NCBI GenBank assembly: GCA_947626095.1
Contig: CANQQV010000008.1
Span: 1-64,000, forward strand
Direction: 5' to 3'
DNA: 64,000 nt
Source of the DNA: an uncultured Bacilli bacterium
GTDB lineage: Bacteria; Bacillota_I; Bacilli_A; RF39; UBA660
Shown one piece after another: positions 28,850 to 37,593 of this stretch. Numbering within the stretch: position 1 is the first letter of the stretch; each line of letters begins with the position of its first letter. The notes beneath the pieces are model-generated. The model was not told the origin of the DNA, searched no databases, and saw nothing but the letters and a program-made list of their open reading frames with translations. Made by a program: the position numbers and the translations under genes.

Positions 28850-28872
28850 AAGAGCTTTTGAAAGCTCTTTTT
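28847..28872. terminator. Bidirectional intrinsic terminator between the convergent ATPase and prepilin peptidase genes
   Basis: aaaagagcttt-tg-aaagctctttt. Confidence 0.75.
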
Positions 28873-29636
28873 TATTTGAAAATAATAGTTAAAAAGGATT
28901 TGATAGGTTCCATAAAAATAAAGACTAAATATAAACCAGTAATAAGAAATGGACCAAAAGGTATTTCTTTATTTATTTTCGATAAAGTGTAATATACAGC
29001 GACAGGAAATGCTAAAAAAGAACCAATTACCAAAGAGATAATACTTAATCTAACACCTAAGACAAAGCCAAAAAACATGGCTAGTTTGATATCACCACCA
29101 CCAATTGAATCCTGCTTAAAAATCTTGTTACCTAAAGCACGAATTATTATCATAAAAAGAAAGATTAATAAACCACTACATAAGGATATTAAAAAGGTTT
29201 TAAAACCGAAAAAGATAGCTTTAAAGAGTAAAATTAAGATAGATGAAATAATTAGTGGTTCATCTAAAATAACATAGTATTTAAAATCACTAACGTATAT
29301 ACTAATTAGCAACAAACTTAAAATTATTGTAATAAGCATTTCATAGCTAAAACCATAAAAGATGTAAGATAAAGTAAATAATAAACCTGAAATAAAAGTT
29401 AATATAGGATATAAAAGAGAAATGTGCTGATGACAGTATGGACATTTGCCATGATTAATTACATAGGAATACAAAGGAATTAGTTCATACCATTTGTACT
29501 TATGATTACAATTATCACAAGCATTAACATATTCTTTTTTCTTTAAAGGTAGTTTTAAAGAAAAGATAGTACAAATGTAACCAGATACAAGGCCAACAAA
29601 AAATAATAAGATTATAGTATAGACATCTATTAGCAT
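28872..29636 (-). CDS. Prepilin peptidase (A24A, PilD/ComC-like)
   Basis: CDNC...WYELIPLYSY....GKCPYC, catalytic VSDFKY..I.D and GGGDIKL, IPFGPFL; ATG at 29636 with aaggtga RBS. Confidence 0.92.
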   Translation of the reverse strand: MLIDVYTIILLFFVGLVSGYICTIFSLKLPLKKKEYVNACDNCNHKYKWYELIPLYSYVINHGKCPYCHQHISLLYPILTFISGLLFTLSYIFYGFSYEMLITIILSLLLISIYVSDFKYYVILDEPLIISSILILLFKAIFFGFKTFLISLCSGLLIFLFMIIIRALGNKIFKQDSIGGGDIKLAMFFGFVLGVRLSIISLVIGSFLAFPVAVYYTLSKINKEIPFGPFLITGLYLVFIFMEPIKSFLTIIFK

Positions 29637-29728
29637 TGTATCACCTTTTCTAACCCCTATTATTATAAAATTATAACATATTATTAATAAAAAGTAATTA
29701 CTATTCATATAATATATTGGTGGTACTG

Positions 29729-29959
29729 ATGTATAATAATTTCTCCCTTTTAAGTATTGTAAGTGGTTTATCTAAAACATTAAATATCGCGAATCAAATG
29801 ATTCCATTGTATAAACAAGTTAAACCACTAATTGCTAATTCTAGTAAAATTTTAAGTAATCTCCAAAGTATTAAAGTTGGCAATAATAAACAAGTTAAGC
29901 AAGTAGTTAATAAGCAACAGCCTTATAAACAAATTAATATGCCAACATTCTTTCAATAA
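29729..29959 (+). CDS. VrrA/YqfQ-like small protein
   Basis: LSKTLNIANQMIPLYKQVKPLIAN matches the YqfQ core pattern; same position near dnaG-sigA-trmK as in Bacillus. Confidence 0.6.
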   Translation: MYNNFSLLSIVSGLSKTLNIANQMIPLYKQVKPLIANSSKILSNLQSIKVGNNKQVKQVVNKQQPYKQINMPTFFQ

Positions 29960-29965
29960 AAAAAG

Positions 29966-30616
29966 TTATTTCGTAGTTGAAATAGCTTTTTTTAGTTGCC
30001 ATAATTGATAATATCTTTTTACTTTGATATCTAGTTTAATAAATGGTATTTTTTTGATAATTTGTTTTACTTGATTAATTAAATATTTATTATATTCTTG
30101 ATTATTCAATAATCCGTAAGCAATTTCGGTCTTGGTATTTTTTTGCGGACTTTTAACAAATAAAGATGTTACATACCATTTCTTTTTATCATAAATATAT
30201 TTTTCATCTTTAAGGTAATAACCTTTATTATTTAATTCTTGACGTAAGATATGGTAATCATTATTGGATTGAATAATTAATTTATTGATATTTTTTAATT
30301 TTTCTTGATTACCTAGAATATGTAATATAGTAGCTGTGCCCATACCAGAAATAATTAACGTATTAATTTTTTTAACATCAATATTATCTAGGCCATCACT
30401 TAAAACAGTTTTTATTTTAAGTTTACTATTTTTAATATTAGTAATGGCACTTTGTAAAGCATTAGGATTAATATCACTAGCAATAATGTCTTTAACTAAT
30501 TTATTTTCTTTTAAATAAATACTTAAATAGCCATGATCACAGCCAATATCAACTACTTGATCATTTTCACAGACAAATTCGGCTAAAGTATGTAATCTTT
30601 TACTTAACTTAGTCAC
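29966..30616 (-). CDS. trmK: tRNA (adenine-22-N1)-methyltransferase
   Basis: [29 protein letters not shown]; downstream of sigA. Confidence 0.93.
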   Translation of the reverse strand: MTKLSKRLHTLAEFVCENDQVVDIGCDHGYLSIYLKENKLVKDIIASDINPNALQSAITNIKNSKLKIKTVLSDGLDNIDVKKINTLIISGMGTATILHILGNQEKLKNINKLIIQSNNDYHILRQELNNKGYYLKDEKYIYDKKKWYVTSLFVKSPQKNTKTEIAYGLLNNQEYNKYLINQVKQIIKKIPFIKLDIKVKRYYQLWQLKKAISTTK

Positions 30617-31703
30617 TTAAGAAGTCTTTTAATTTTTTAGCACGAGATGGATGTCTTAGTTTTCTTAAGGCTTTAGCTTCGATTTGTCTTATTCTTTCTC
30701 TGGTAACATTAAATTTCTTACCTACTTCTTCAAGAGTATGACTAGTTCCATCAACTAAACCAAAACGTAATTCTAGAACTTCTTGTTCTCTTTCTTGAAG
30801 AGTCATTAAAACATTTTTAATTTCTTCTTTTAAGATTTCGTTAGTAGCATATTCTTCAGGGCTCATACTTCTTTCATCTTTAATAAAGTCGCCTAAATGA
30901 GAATCATCTTCTTCACCAATTGGAGTATCTAAAGATACTGGATCTTGACTTATTTTCATGACTTCTCTAACTTTATCAACTGAGATACCCATTTTATCAG
31001 CTAATTCTTCTTCACTTGGTTCTCTATTTAATTCAAGAGTCATTTGACGTTGAACACGAGCCATTTTATTAATTGTTTCAACCATATGAACTGGAACTCT
31101 GATAGTTCTCGCTTGGTCAGCTAAGGCTCTTGTTATAGCTTGTCTTATCCACCATGTAGCATAAGTACTAAACTTATAACCTTTACCATAATCAAATTTA
31201 TCAACAGCTTTCATAAGGCCGATATTACCTTCTTGAATTAAATCTAGAAATAGTAAACCACGACCAACATATCTTTTAGCAATTGAAACAACTAAACGTA
31301 AGTTAGACTCAGCTAAAATGTTTTTAGCATCTTCTTCACCATTAGCAATTCTAACAGATAAATCTAATTCTTCTTCAGAACTTAAAAGACTAATACGACC
31401 TATTTCTTTTAAGTACATACGAACCGGATCATTAATATTGATATCTTTAGTAATTTCTTCATCAGATAGAACAAGGTTTTCTTCTTCCATGTCCATCTTA
31501 GGTCCTTCGCCATCACTACCTTCAGCAACAACTTCGATACCATTTTCCATTAATAGATTATATAAATCATCTAAGGAATCATTATCAATATCTAAGCCTT
31601 TTAAACTTTCAGCTAATTGTTCAAAAGTTAAAATATTATTATTCTTTTGTCCTAATTCAACTAGTTCTTTTTTTCTTTCTTCAAAACTTTTAATTTCTAC
31701 CAT
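30609..31703 (-). CDS. sigA: RNA polymerase primary sigma factor
   Basis: [62 protein letters not shown]. Confidence 0.98.
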   Translation of the reverse strand: MVEIKSFEERKKELVELGQKNNNILTFEQLAESLKGLDIDNDSLDDLYNLLMENGIEVVAEGSDGEGPKMDMEEENLVLSDEEITKDININDPVRMYLKEIGRISLLSSEEELDLSVRIANGEEDAKNILAESNLRLVVSIAKRYVGRGLLFLDLIQEGNIGLMKAVDKFDYGKGYKFSTYATWWIRQAITRALADQARTIRVPVHMVETINKMARVQRQMTLELNREPSEEELADKMGISVDKVREVMKISQDPVSLDTPIGEEDDSHLGDFIKDERSMSPEEYATNEILKEEIKNVLMTLQEREQEVLELRFGLVDGTSHTLEEVGKKFNVTRERIRQIEAKALRKLRHPSRAKKLKDFLSD

Positions 31704-31705
31704 AT

Positions 31706-33454
31706 CTACACTTCCTCTTTTTTTAATTCGGCAATCTGAGCTGCTAACTTCATCTTTTTATCCACATCTAGCTCTTTTTTCATTAATTCTTTTAAACGTT
31801 TTATTTCGTTTTTAGTCATTATTTTATTAAGTGCTAATATATATTCATCCATAGCTTCAATTGTTACTTCATCATTAACTGAATCATTAACAATTTCCAT
31901 TACCTTGTCTTTTATATTTTCTTTATCATTAATATAAGTAATGAAATCAGCTACAGTAATTTTCTGATTATTTTCTAAAAAATAAACTATTTCATTGGCT
32001 ATCTCACGATATAAGCTATCACTAAAGAAACCTAATTTCTTTTGATACTCTTTTATATATTCTTCCCCATTCATCATAAAATAAAGAATTTTTTCCATCC
32101 CAATTATATATGAATCTTTTTTGATAACTTTTTTTTCAACTTTTTCTTTTGGCTCTTTTACTTTAACTGGGGCTAAGAGTTCTAACTTACTTTTTAAGAC
32201 ATCTAGAGAAATATCATATTCTTTACTCATCTTAGTTAAGGTAAGTTCACGAAGAATAGCATCATCATTACTCGCTAAATCTTTTAAGACGTCATTAATA
32301 TAAGCCGTTAAATCAGTTATATTATTTAAGTCTTTATTTTGTTTTAAATAGTTTATTTTAAATTCAAAGAACGTAAGAGGCTCAGAAACATTTTGAATAA
32401 AAGCTTCTTTGCCATTAGCTAAGATATACTCATCAGGATCTTTTTCACCGCTTAAGCGGATAACGTAAGTTTCAATGTTGTTCTTTTCTAATTCTTCACC
32501 ATTATTAACAGTGGCAGTTTCTCCAGCATTATCGTTATCTAAACAAAGAATTACTTTAACACGTAATTTCTTTAAAAGATTAATCTGCTCTTGAGTCATT
32601 GCTGTACCTTGAAGAGCAACAACATTTTTAAGACCAATTGATGAAATACGAATCGCATCCATAAAACCTTCAACAACAATAATTTGCTTTTCTCTTTTGG
32701 CCGCATCTTTAGCATTATGATAATTGTATAATGTTTCACCTTTTTTAAATAGTTTTGATTCACGACTATTCATGTATTTGGAAACATCTTTTTCACCACG
32801 ATAGATACGAGCACTAAAACCAACAATGTTACCATCCTTATCCCATAAGGGGAAAGTAATACGACGACTAAACATGTCATAAGTTTTATCGTTAATGATA
32901 TTTATTAACCCAATATCAGCTAATTTCTTTTGGTCATAGCCTTTCTTCTTTAATAAGTTATACAAAGTATCACTGGTATCTAAGCTTAAACCAATACCAA
33001 ATTCTTTAATAATTTCATCATTTATGCCGCGCTCTTTTAAATAAGTTAAGGCTTCTTTACCAGAATTGGTACGAAGATTATTTTGATAATACTTTTGACT
33101 TAGTTCCATTATCTCGTATTCTTCTTTAAAAGATTTTGAGCTATGACTACTTAAGGTATCGACCGAAAAATTCATGCCACACTTATCAGCAACAATTTTA
33201 ACAGCTTCAAGAAAAGAAACGTTTTCATATTCTTGAACAAAAGTAAAAACATTACCAGTGGCTCCACAGGAGAAACATTTATATATTTGCTTTTCACTAG
33301 AAACACTCATACTTGGTGAATGATCATCGTGGAAGGGACAAACACCAATATAGTTCTTGCCTCGTTGAGTTAGAGGGATATAACTACCAATGATAGAAAC
33401 GATGTCTGCTTTAGCACGAATGCTGTTAATTTCATCATTACTAACAAAAGCCAT
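31706..33454 (-). CDS. dnaG: DNA primase
   Basis: [10 protein letters not shown]...CFSC zinc finger, KYMNS.E, EGFMD, DNDNAG TOPRIM, KDPDE. Confidence 0.97.
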   Translation of the reverse strand: MAFVSNDEINSIRAKADIVSIIGSYIPLTQRGKNYIGVCPFHDDHSPSMSVSSEKQIYKCFSCGATGNVFTFVQEYENVSFLEAVKIVADKCGMNFSVDTLSSHSSKSFKEEYEIMELSQKYYQNNLRTNSGKEALTYLKERGINDEIIKEFGIGLSLDTSDTLYNLLKKKGYDQKKLADIGLINIINDKTYDMFSRRITFPLWDKDGNIVGFSARIYRGEKDVSKYMNSRESKLFKKGETLYNYHNAKDAAKREKQIIVVEGFMDAIRISSIGLKNVVALQGTAMTQEQINLLKKLRVKVILCLDNDNAGETATVNNGEELEKNNIETYVIRLSGEKDPDEYILANGKEAFIQNVSEPLTFFEFKINYLKQNKDLNNITDLTAYINDVLKDLASNDDAILRELTLTKMSKEYDISLDVLKSKLELLAPVKVKEPKEKVEKKVIKKDSYIIGMEKILYFMMNGEEYIKEYQKKLGFFSDSLYREIANEIVYFLENNQKITVADFITYINDKENIKDKVMEIVNDSVNDEVTIEAMDEYILALNKIMTKNEIKRLKELMKKELDVDKKMKLAAQIAELKKEEV

Positions 33455-33470
33455 AAAATCACCCCTCATA

Positions 33471-33510
33471 TATAATTATTATAGGTAACTAGTCGATTTC
33501 CTTTTTTTTT
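33471..33510 (-). promoter_or_regulatory. Promoter upstream of dnaG sharing the A8-GGAAAT-N12 element (SigH-like -35; -10 reads TATAATAAT)
   Basis: Minus strand aaaaaaaaaggaaat-cgactagttacc-tataataattata; same spacing as the copies at 35209-35276 and 37491-37553. Confidence 0.5.
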
Positions 33511-33650
33511 CGTGAATTTTTTGCAAAAAACTTCAAAATTCGTGAATATTTTATCACATTTTGGCATTTTTGAGCAAATAATCCTTTAAATTTTGGAAAA
33601 TCAATTAAAAAAAACTTTACTATTATCTAGTAAAGCTTAATTAATTATTT

Positions 33651-35171
33651 TTATCTTTTTATTTTCTTTAATATTAGAGTAAGAGCAAAGCCAGCAATTA
33701 ATGGATCATAACATACAATTCCGGTAATTGGGGGATTGATTTCATCAACTGTTGGTTCTGGTTCAGGTTCTGGAGTTGGTTCAGGTTCAGGCTCAGGTTC
33801 AGGTTCTGGTGTTGGTTCAGGTTCTGGCTCAGGTTCTGGCTCTTTATAATAGTTATATAATGTTCTTTTATGTTCTGAAGTTTCATCAACTATTTTTTCT
33901 TGATAACTTTCAGCTAAAGTATAATCTTCATTTGTTGCGACTTGTTCAACGGTATAAGTACCATAACCTATAGTAATACTTGCATAACCTAAATTACTTG
34001 TTTCAATGGTATCAACATTATTACCTAGTTTATCGATAATAGCAAAGGCTGCTCCTCTTTCGTAAGCACAAACATTACTTCGACAAGCGTACTTGATAAT
34101 TTCGATAGTATTTCTGATAAGAAGATTTTCTAAAGTAACTTTAGGATGTTCATTCTTCTTGTTTATGGTAACGTCATAGGTCTTAGTATCTTCTTTATAA
34201 CCGATACCAAAACTAACTTGTTTAACAACATAATCACCATATGGTAAATCTAATGTTTTATATATCATTTCATCTTGAGCACAAACTTTTTCGACTAAGT
34301 CGCCGCTTTTGGTTCTTATTTCATAACAAGTATTCGAAAAATCACTTTCAACCGTATAAACTGAAGTATCTTTTTGGATATCTAGAGTTATATCACCTTT
34401 AGTAACGTTAATATTGATAGTATAGGAATCATTATCAATATTACCTGGTTTTAATAAATCTTGGTTGGCAAGGCTATCATATATAGCGATTTTATTTTGA
34501 TAGTGGTTACTTTTCTTTTTAAAAACAATACTGCCACTTTTAGTTACTTTACTTAAATGAAAGCCATTACTTAAGTCATTATCATAGCTATTGCTAACAA
34601 TTTCATAGTCATTACTATTTAAAGCATTAATATCTAAACTCTCATTTAAGTTAACAGTATAATCTTTAACAAATGATGGCTTTTTATCATGGTTTTCAAC
34701 ATCTTTTTCCAAAGCACTTATTTCGGTAGTAAATTTAGTAATACGATTTCCACCTTTAGTATCCGTAAAATAAATATCACTATCTGGTTCAACGGTTTGC
34801 CAGATTAGAAATTGAGTAACAATATACCAATCACTACTAGTACGATTATTATAGCCATAACCATAATAAGCTAAAAGAGATATTCTTCTAATCTGAGCTT
34901 TATTTAGTCTAGTATAATTATTTACATCGCCTACTTCACTATATGAAGGATCGTCATCTACTAAATTAACATATGGCTCAAGGCAATAAACAATGTTTCC
35001 TTTACTATCTTCGATATATTGACCGTAAAATGGATCATCCTTGCCATTATGAACACGACTAATATAAATATCCTCAATCAAGTCGGTGGCTCTAAAAGTT
35101 TCGGCGTTAACAATAATCCTAATGGAAATTAAAGATAAAAATAAAATAAATAAATTTAATATTTTTTTCAT
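33651..35171 (-). CDS. Thioester-domain (Cys-Gln/TQXA) surface adhesin with SpaA/prealbumin-like domains, PE-rich stalk and sorting-like motif
   Basis: Signal peptide; VYCLEP; LAYYGYG; TQFLIW; LPYGDYVVKQV and YGTYTVEQV; (EP)n; NPPITG plus hydrophobic and basic tail. Confidence 0.8.
   Translation of the reverse strand: MKKILNLFILFLSLISIRIIVNAETFRATDLIEDIYISRVHNGKDDPFYGQYIEDSKGNIVYCLEPYVNLVDDDPSYSEVGDVNNYTRLNKAQIRRISLLAYYGYGYNNRTSSDWYIVTQFLIWQTVEPDSDIYFTDTKGGNRITKFTTEISALEKDVENHDKKPSFVKDYTVNLNESLDINALNSNDYEIVSNSYDNDLSNGFHLSKVTKSGSIVFKKKSNHYQNKIAIYDSLANQDLLKPGNIDNDSYTININVTKGDITLDIQKDTSVYTVESDFSNTCYEIRTKSGDLVEKVCAQDEMIYKTLDLPYGDYVVKQVSFGIGYKEDTKTYDVTINKKNEHPKVTLENLLIRNTIEIIKYACRSNVCAYERGAAFAIIDKLGNNVDTIETSNLGYASITIGYGTYTVEQVATNEDYTLAESYQEKIVDETSEHKRTLYNYYKEPEPEPEPEPTPEPEPEPEPEPTPEPEPEPTVDEINPPITGIVCYDPLIAGFALTLILKKIKR
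33751..33843 (-). repeat. Pro-Glu stalk repeat (EPEPEPEPEPTP)n
   Basis: Tandem ggttca/ggttct/ggctca hexamers. Confidence 0.85.
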
Positions 35172-35208
35172 TTAAAACCCTCCTTAATTATTTTGTGTTA
35201 ATTATTTT

Positions 35209-35276
35209 TTACCTCATAGCTAATCTACTCCCTTCACTCTAATTATTCGCGATTGAAAGCTGATTTCCTTTTTTTT
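35209..35276 (-). repeat. Copy B of a SigH-like promoter/RBS cassette, ending in a dead mini-ORF ATG-AGG-TAA
   Basis: aaaaaaaaggaaatcagctttcaatcgcgaataattagagtgaagggagtagattagctATG aligns with the Rpn upstream region. Confidence 0.75.
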
Positions 35277-35297
35277 ATTGAATATTTTTATAAATAA

Positions 35298-36614
35298 TTA
35301 GTTATTTCTTAATTTTCTAACAGAAACAACACTTGCACCGATTGCACTTAATGCTAATCCCATATATACAAGACCTGCATCATATGTGTTTGGAGCTTGT
35401 TCTTCTGGTTTAGCAGCAGGTTTCTTATCATCTTCTGCTTTTGTTGAAACTACTACTTTGTAGTTACCTTCTTCTTTTACTGTGTAACCTTCTGCAACTA
35501 ATTCTTCTGAAACATCTACAGTTCCATGATCGGAATTTTCGATTTTAGCAATAATATTATTTAAATATCTACCACCTGTTAAAATACCTTTAATTGTAGA
35601 AACTACATGAGTTTCTTTAGTATCTTTGTCAGTTTCAGTATATGCACCAACTAAATTAATAGCAGCTTTAACATCTTTTCCACTATTGAAAGTACCATCA
35701 GTTACTTTAACAATAGCTTTAGGATTAGCTAACCATAATGCATAACCAGTACCAGTAGCTTCTTTAGCAGTAATTGTTCCGCCATTTACAGTTAATTTAG
35801 TATCTTCTGTAGTACCATTAACGATAAGAGCAGCATTTGTTTTAGCAGTTAAACTACCACCATCAACAGTTAATTCAGCATTATTGACTCTTGCAACAGC
35901 AGCGGCACTTTCAATATTAGCATTAACATTAACTTTAACGCCATTAGTAATAGTTAAAGCTTCAGCAGCAGTAGTATAAGTACCTCTAACACTTACTGTA
36001 GATGCTGGATTTGTATTACTAACTGCATCACCAGTAGTAGCAACAGTTAATATAGTTTTTACATCATGTGTACCTGCTAATGTTGTAGTTGAGTTTGCTT
36101 TTGCAACTGTTACTAAAGCACCAGCTTTTAAAGTAGTAACAACATCACTAGCTACATCTAAAGTACCAGCATTATTAACTAATGAATGAGCAAAAGTATT
36201 ATTATTTACTTTTAATGAAGCTAAATTTAATCTAGCACCTTTTTCAACTGTAAAAGTGTCGTTACCAGCACCAGAATACATAGCTACTTCACCATTCTTA
36301 ACAGTTAAAGATGCATCAGCTTTTACTGTTATTCCAGCAGCAGCTGTACTACCAACTGTAAGTTTATGACTGTTTAAGTCAATAACTAAGTTTTCAGTAA
36401 TGTTTCTAGTACCTGAATCTATACCTGTGTCAGCATAAAGTTTAAATGTACCACCGTCTCTGTAAGCAACTGTCCAAGCATCACCCATGTTCCTGAAACC
36501 AACATTATTAACTTCAGCTACACATTCGCCAGTTTTAGCAGTCTTACCATCTGCAGGTAAATCACATTCTGCACTAACAGTAACTACTGATAGTAATATT
36601 GCACATAGTGCAAA
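35298..36614 (-). pseudogene. Cell-surface protein (Ala/Thr/Val-rich beta-repeat, C-terminal PNTYD sorting-like signal) lacking its 5' start
   Basis: The frame stays open 42 codons upstream of the ATG at 36488 and reads FALCAILLSVVTVSA-ECDLPADGK..., the back half of a signal peptide, up to an in-frame TAA at 36615-36617 with no start codon or RBS; C-terminus APNTYD-hydrophobic-RKLR. Confidence 0.7.
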
Positions 36615-36625
36615 TTAAGGATTAA

Positions 36626-36649
36626 AAAAAGAAGGATTAACCTTCTATA
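36626..36649 (-). terminator. Terminator of the Rpn gene; identical 24-mer at 44573-44596
   Basis: aaaaagaaggattaaccttctata (minus strand agaagg-ttaat-ccttct-U tract). Confidence 0.65.
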
Positions 36650-36881
36650 GTATTGGCATACTAAGTCGTTTAGATAATTCTTCTTTAGTCATTCCACTTG
36701 ATATTAGTTTATTGATAATACTATTTATACCGTCTTGTTTACCTTTTTTAATGCCTTCTTTAATGCCATCTTCTTTTGCTTCTTTTAAATCAGCTTCTAA
36801 TACATCTTTTAAGTATTTTTCTTCTTCGTATTCTCTTTGCATAGCTTTATATTGATTTACGATTTTCTCCATGTCTTTCAT
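36645..36881 (-). CDS. Putative internally translated 78-aa Rpn C-terminal protein (RpnS-like antitoxin)
   Basis: In-frame ATG at 36881 preceded by SD-like GAAAGGGAGAGTGTT inside the Rpn gene. Confidence 0.55.
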   Translation of the reverse strand: MKDMEKIVNQYKAMQREYEEEKYLKDVLEADLKEAKEDGIKEGIKKGKQDGINSIINKLISSGMTKEELSKRLSMPIL

Positions 36882-37493
36882 AACACTCTCCCTTTCTTTA
36901 TTTCCTTTAGCATATATCGCCATCTCTTTAAAACTACTTGCATCAAACATCACATAATCTAATTGTTTTTCCATATCTTGATTATAGCACAAGTTAGATA
37001 ATATTGGTATATAAATATTAATTATCTTAATACTATCTAAATCTAGATTATTCTTTCTATCTTTCATTGTATACTCTGATACTCCTATCTCTTTCCTATC
37101 TTTAGAATAGAAGTTATTTAAGTTTACTTGAATAACTTTTATTTTATCGATATAACTTGTTTGATTATCTTTAGCATAGTATTCTCCGGCTATCTTATAT
37201 AGATATGATTCATTACGATTACTAAGTCCTTTATTATACTTAGGATTTAATTCAATATTAATCTTAATCTTTTTATCTGGTGATTCTAATAAGATATCAA
37301 CTATATTACCTTTACTATCTTTTCTTTTAATAGGAAGTTCATTAGGTATTAAGATAAAACTACTAATATCGAAGTTAACAATATTGCTAATAAGGCGATT
37401 AAAATAGTTTCTTGTTCCTTTACTACCTATTAACCATAAAGATTTAAATAATTTATCATAGGTTAAAGGAACAAATGGGTTTTCTATTTTCAT
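36645..37493 (-). CDS. Rpn/YhgA-like PD-(D/E)XK nuclease family protein (often annotated as putative transposase)
   Basis: DKLFKSL, NELP......VDILL, INIELN, R..SY, VIQVNLNNF, C-terminal KEGIKKGKQDG repeats and helical tail. Confidence 0.85.
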   Translation of the reverse strand: MKIENPFVPLTYDKLFKSLWLIGSKGTRNYFNRLISNIVNFDISSFILIPNELPIKRKDSKGNIVDILLESPDKKIKINIELNPKYNKGLSNRNESYLYKIAGEYYAKDNQTSYIDKIKVIQVNLNNFYSKDRKEIGVSEYTMKDRKNNLDLDSIKIINIYIPILSNLCYNQDMEKQLDYVMFDASSFKEMAIYAKGNKERESVMKDMEKIVNQYKAMQREYEEEKYLKDVLEADLKEAKEDGIKEGIKKGKQDGINSIINKLISSGMTKEELSKRLSMPIL

Positions 37494-37553
37494 AAGGTAT
37501 ATACCTCCTTTCACTATAATTATTCGCTACTCGAAGCTTATTTCCTTTTTTTT
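37491..37553 (-). promoter_or_regulatory. Copy A of the SigH-like promoter/RBS cassette, driving Rpn
   Basis: AGGAAAT-N12-GCGAAT matches the Bacillus SigH consensus (AGGA...GAAT); aaaggaggt RBS. Confidence 0.65.
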
Positions 37554-37593
37554 CTTGAAAGTTTTTATTTTATGGCATAAAAAAGAAGTATTA

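Noticed and set aside
33509-33558. Repeated ttcgtgaat and a cgtga-N8-tcaca site as a Rex/CRP box upstream of dnaG
   Set aside because: The spacing does not fit the TGTGA-N6-TCACA consensus, and such matches are weak evidence in AT-rich DNA
33751-33843. Periodic repeat that could be mistaken for a CRISPR array or VNTR element
   Set aside because: It is the coding Pro-Glu stalk of the adhesin, with no unique spacers and no cas genes
36645-37493. Rpn gene as an IS transposase
   Set aside because: No terminal inverted repeats, clear target duplication or DDE/HUH motifs; the family label 'transposase' is not evidence of transposition
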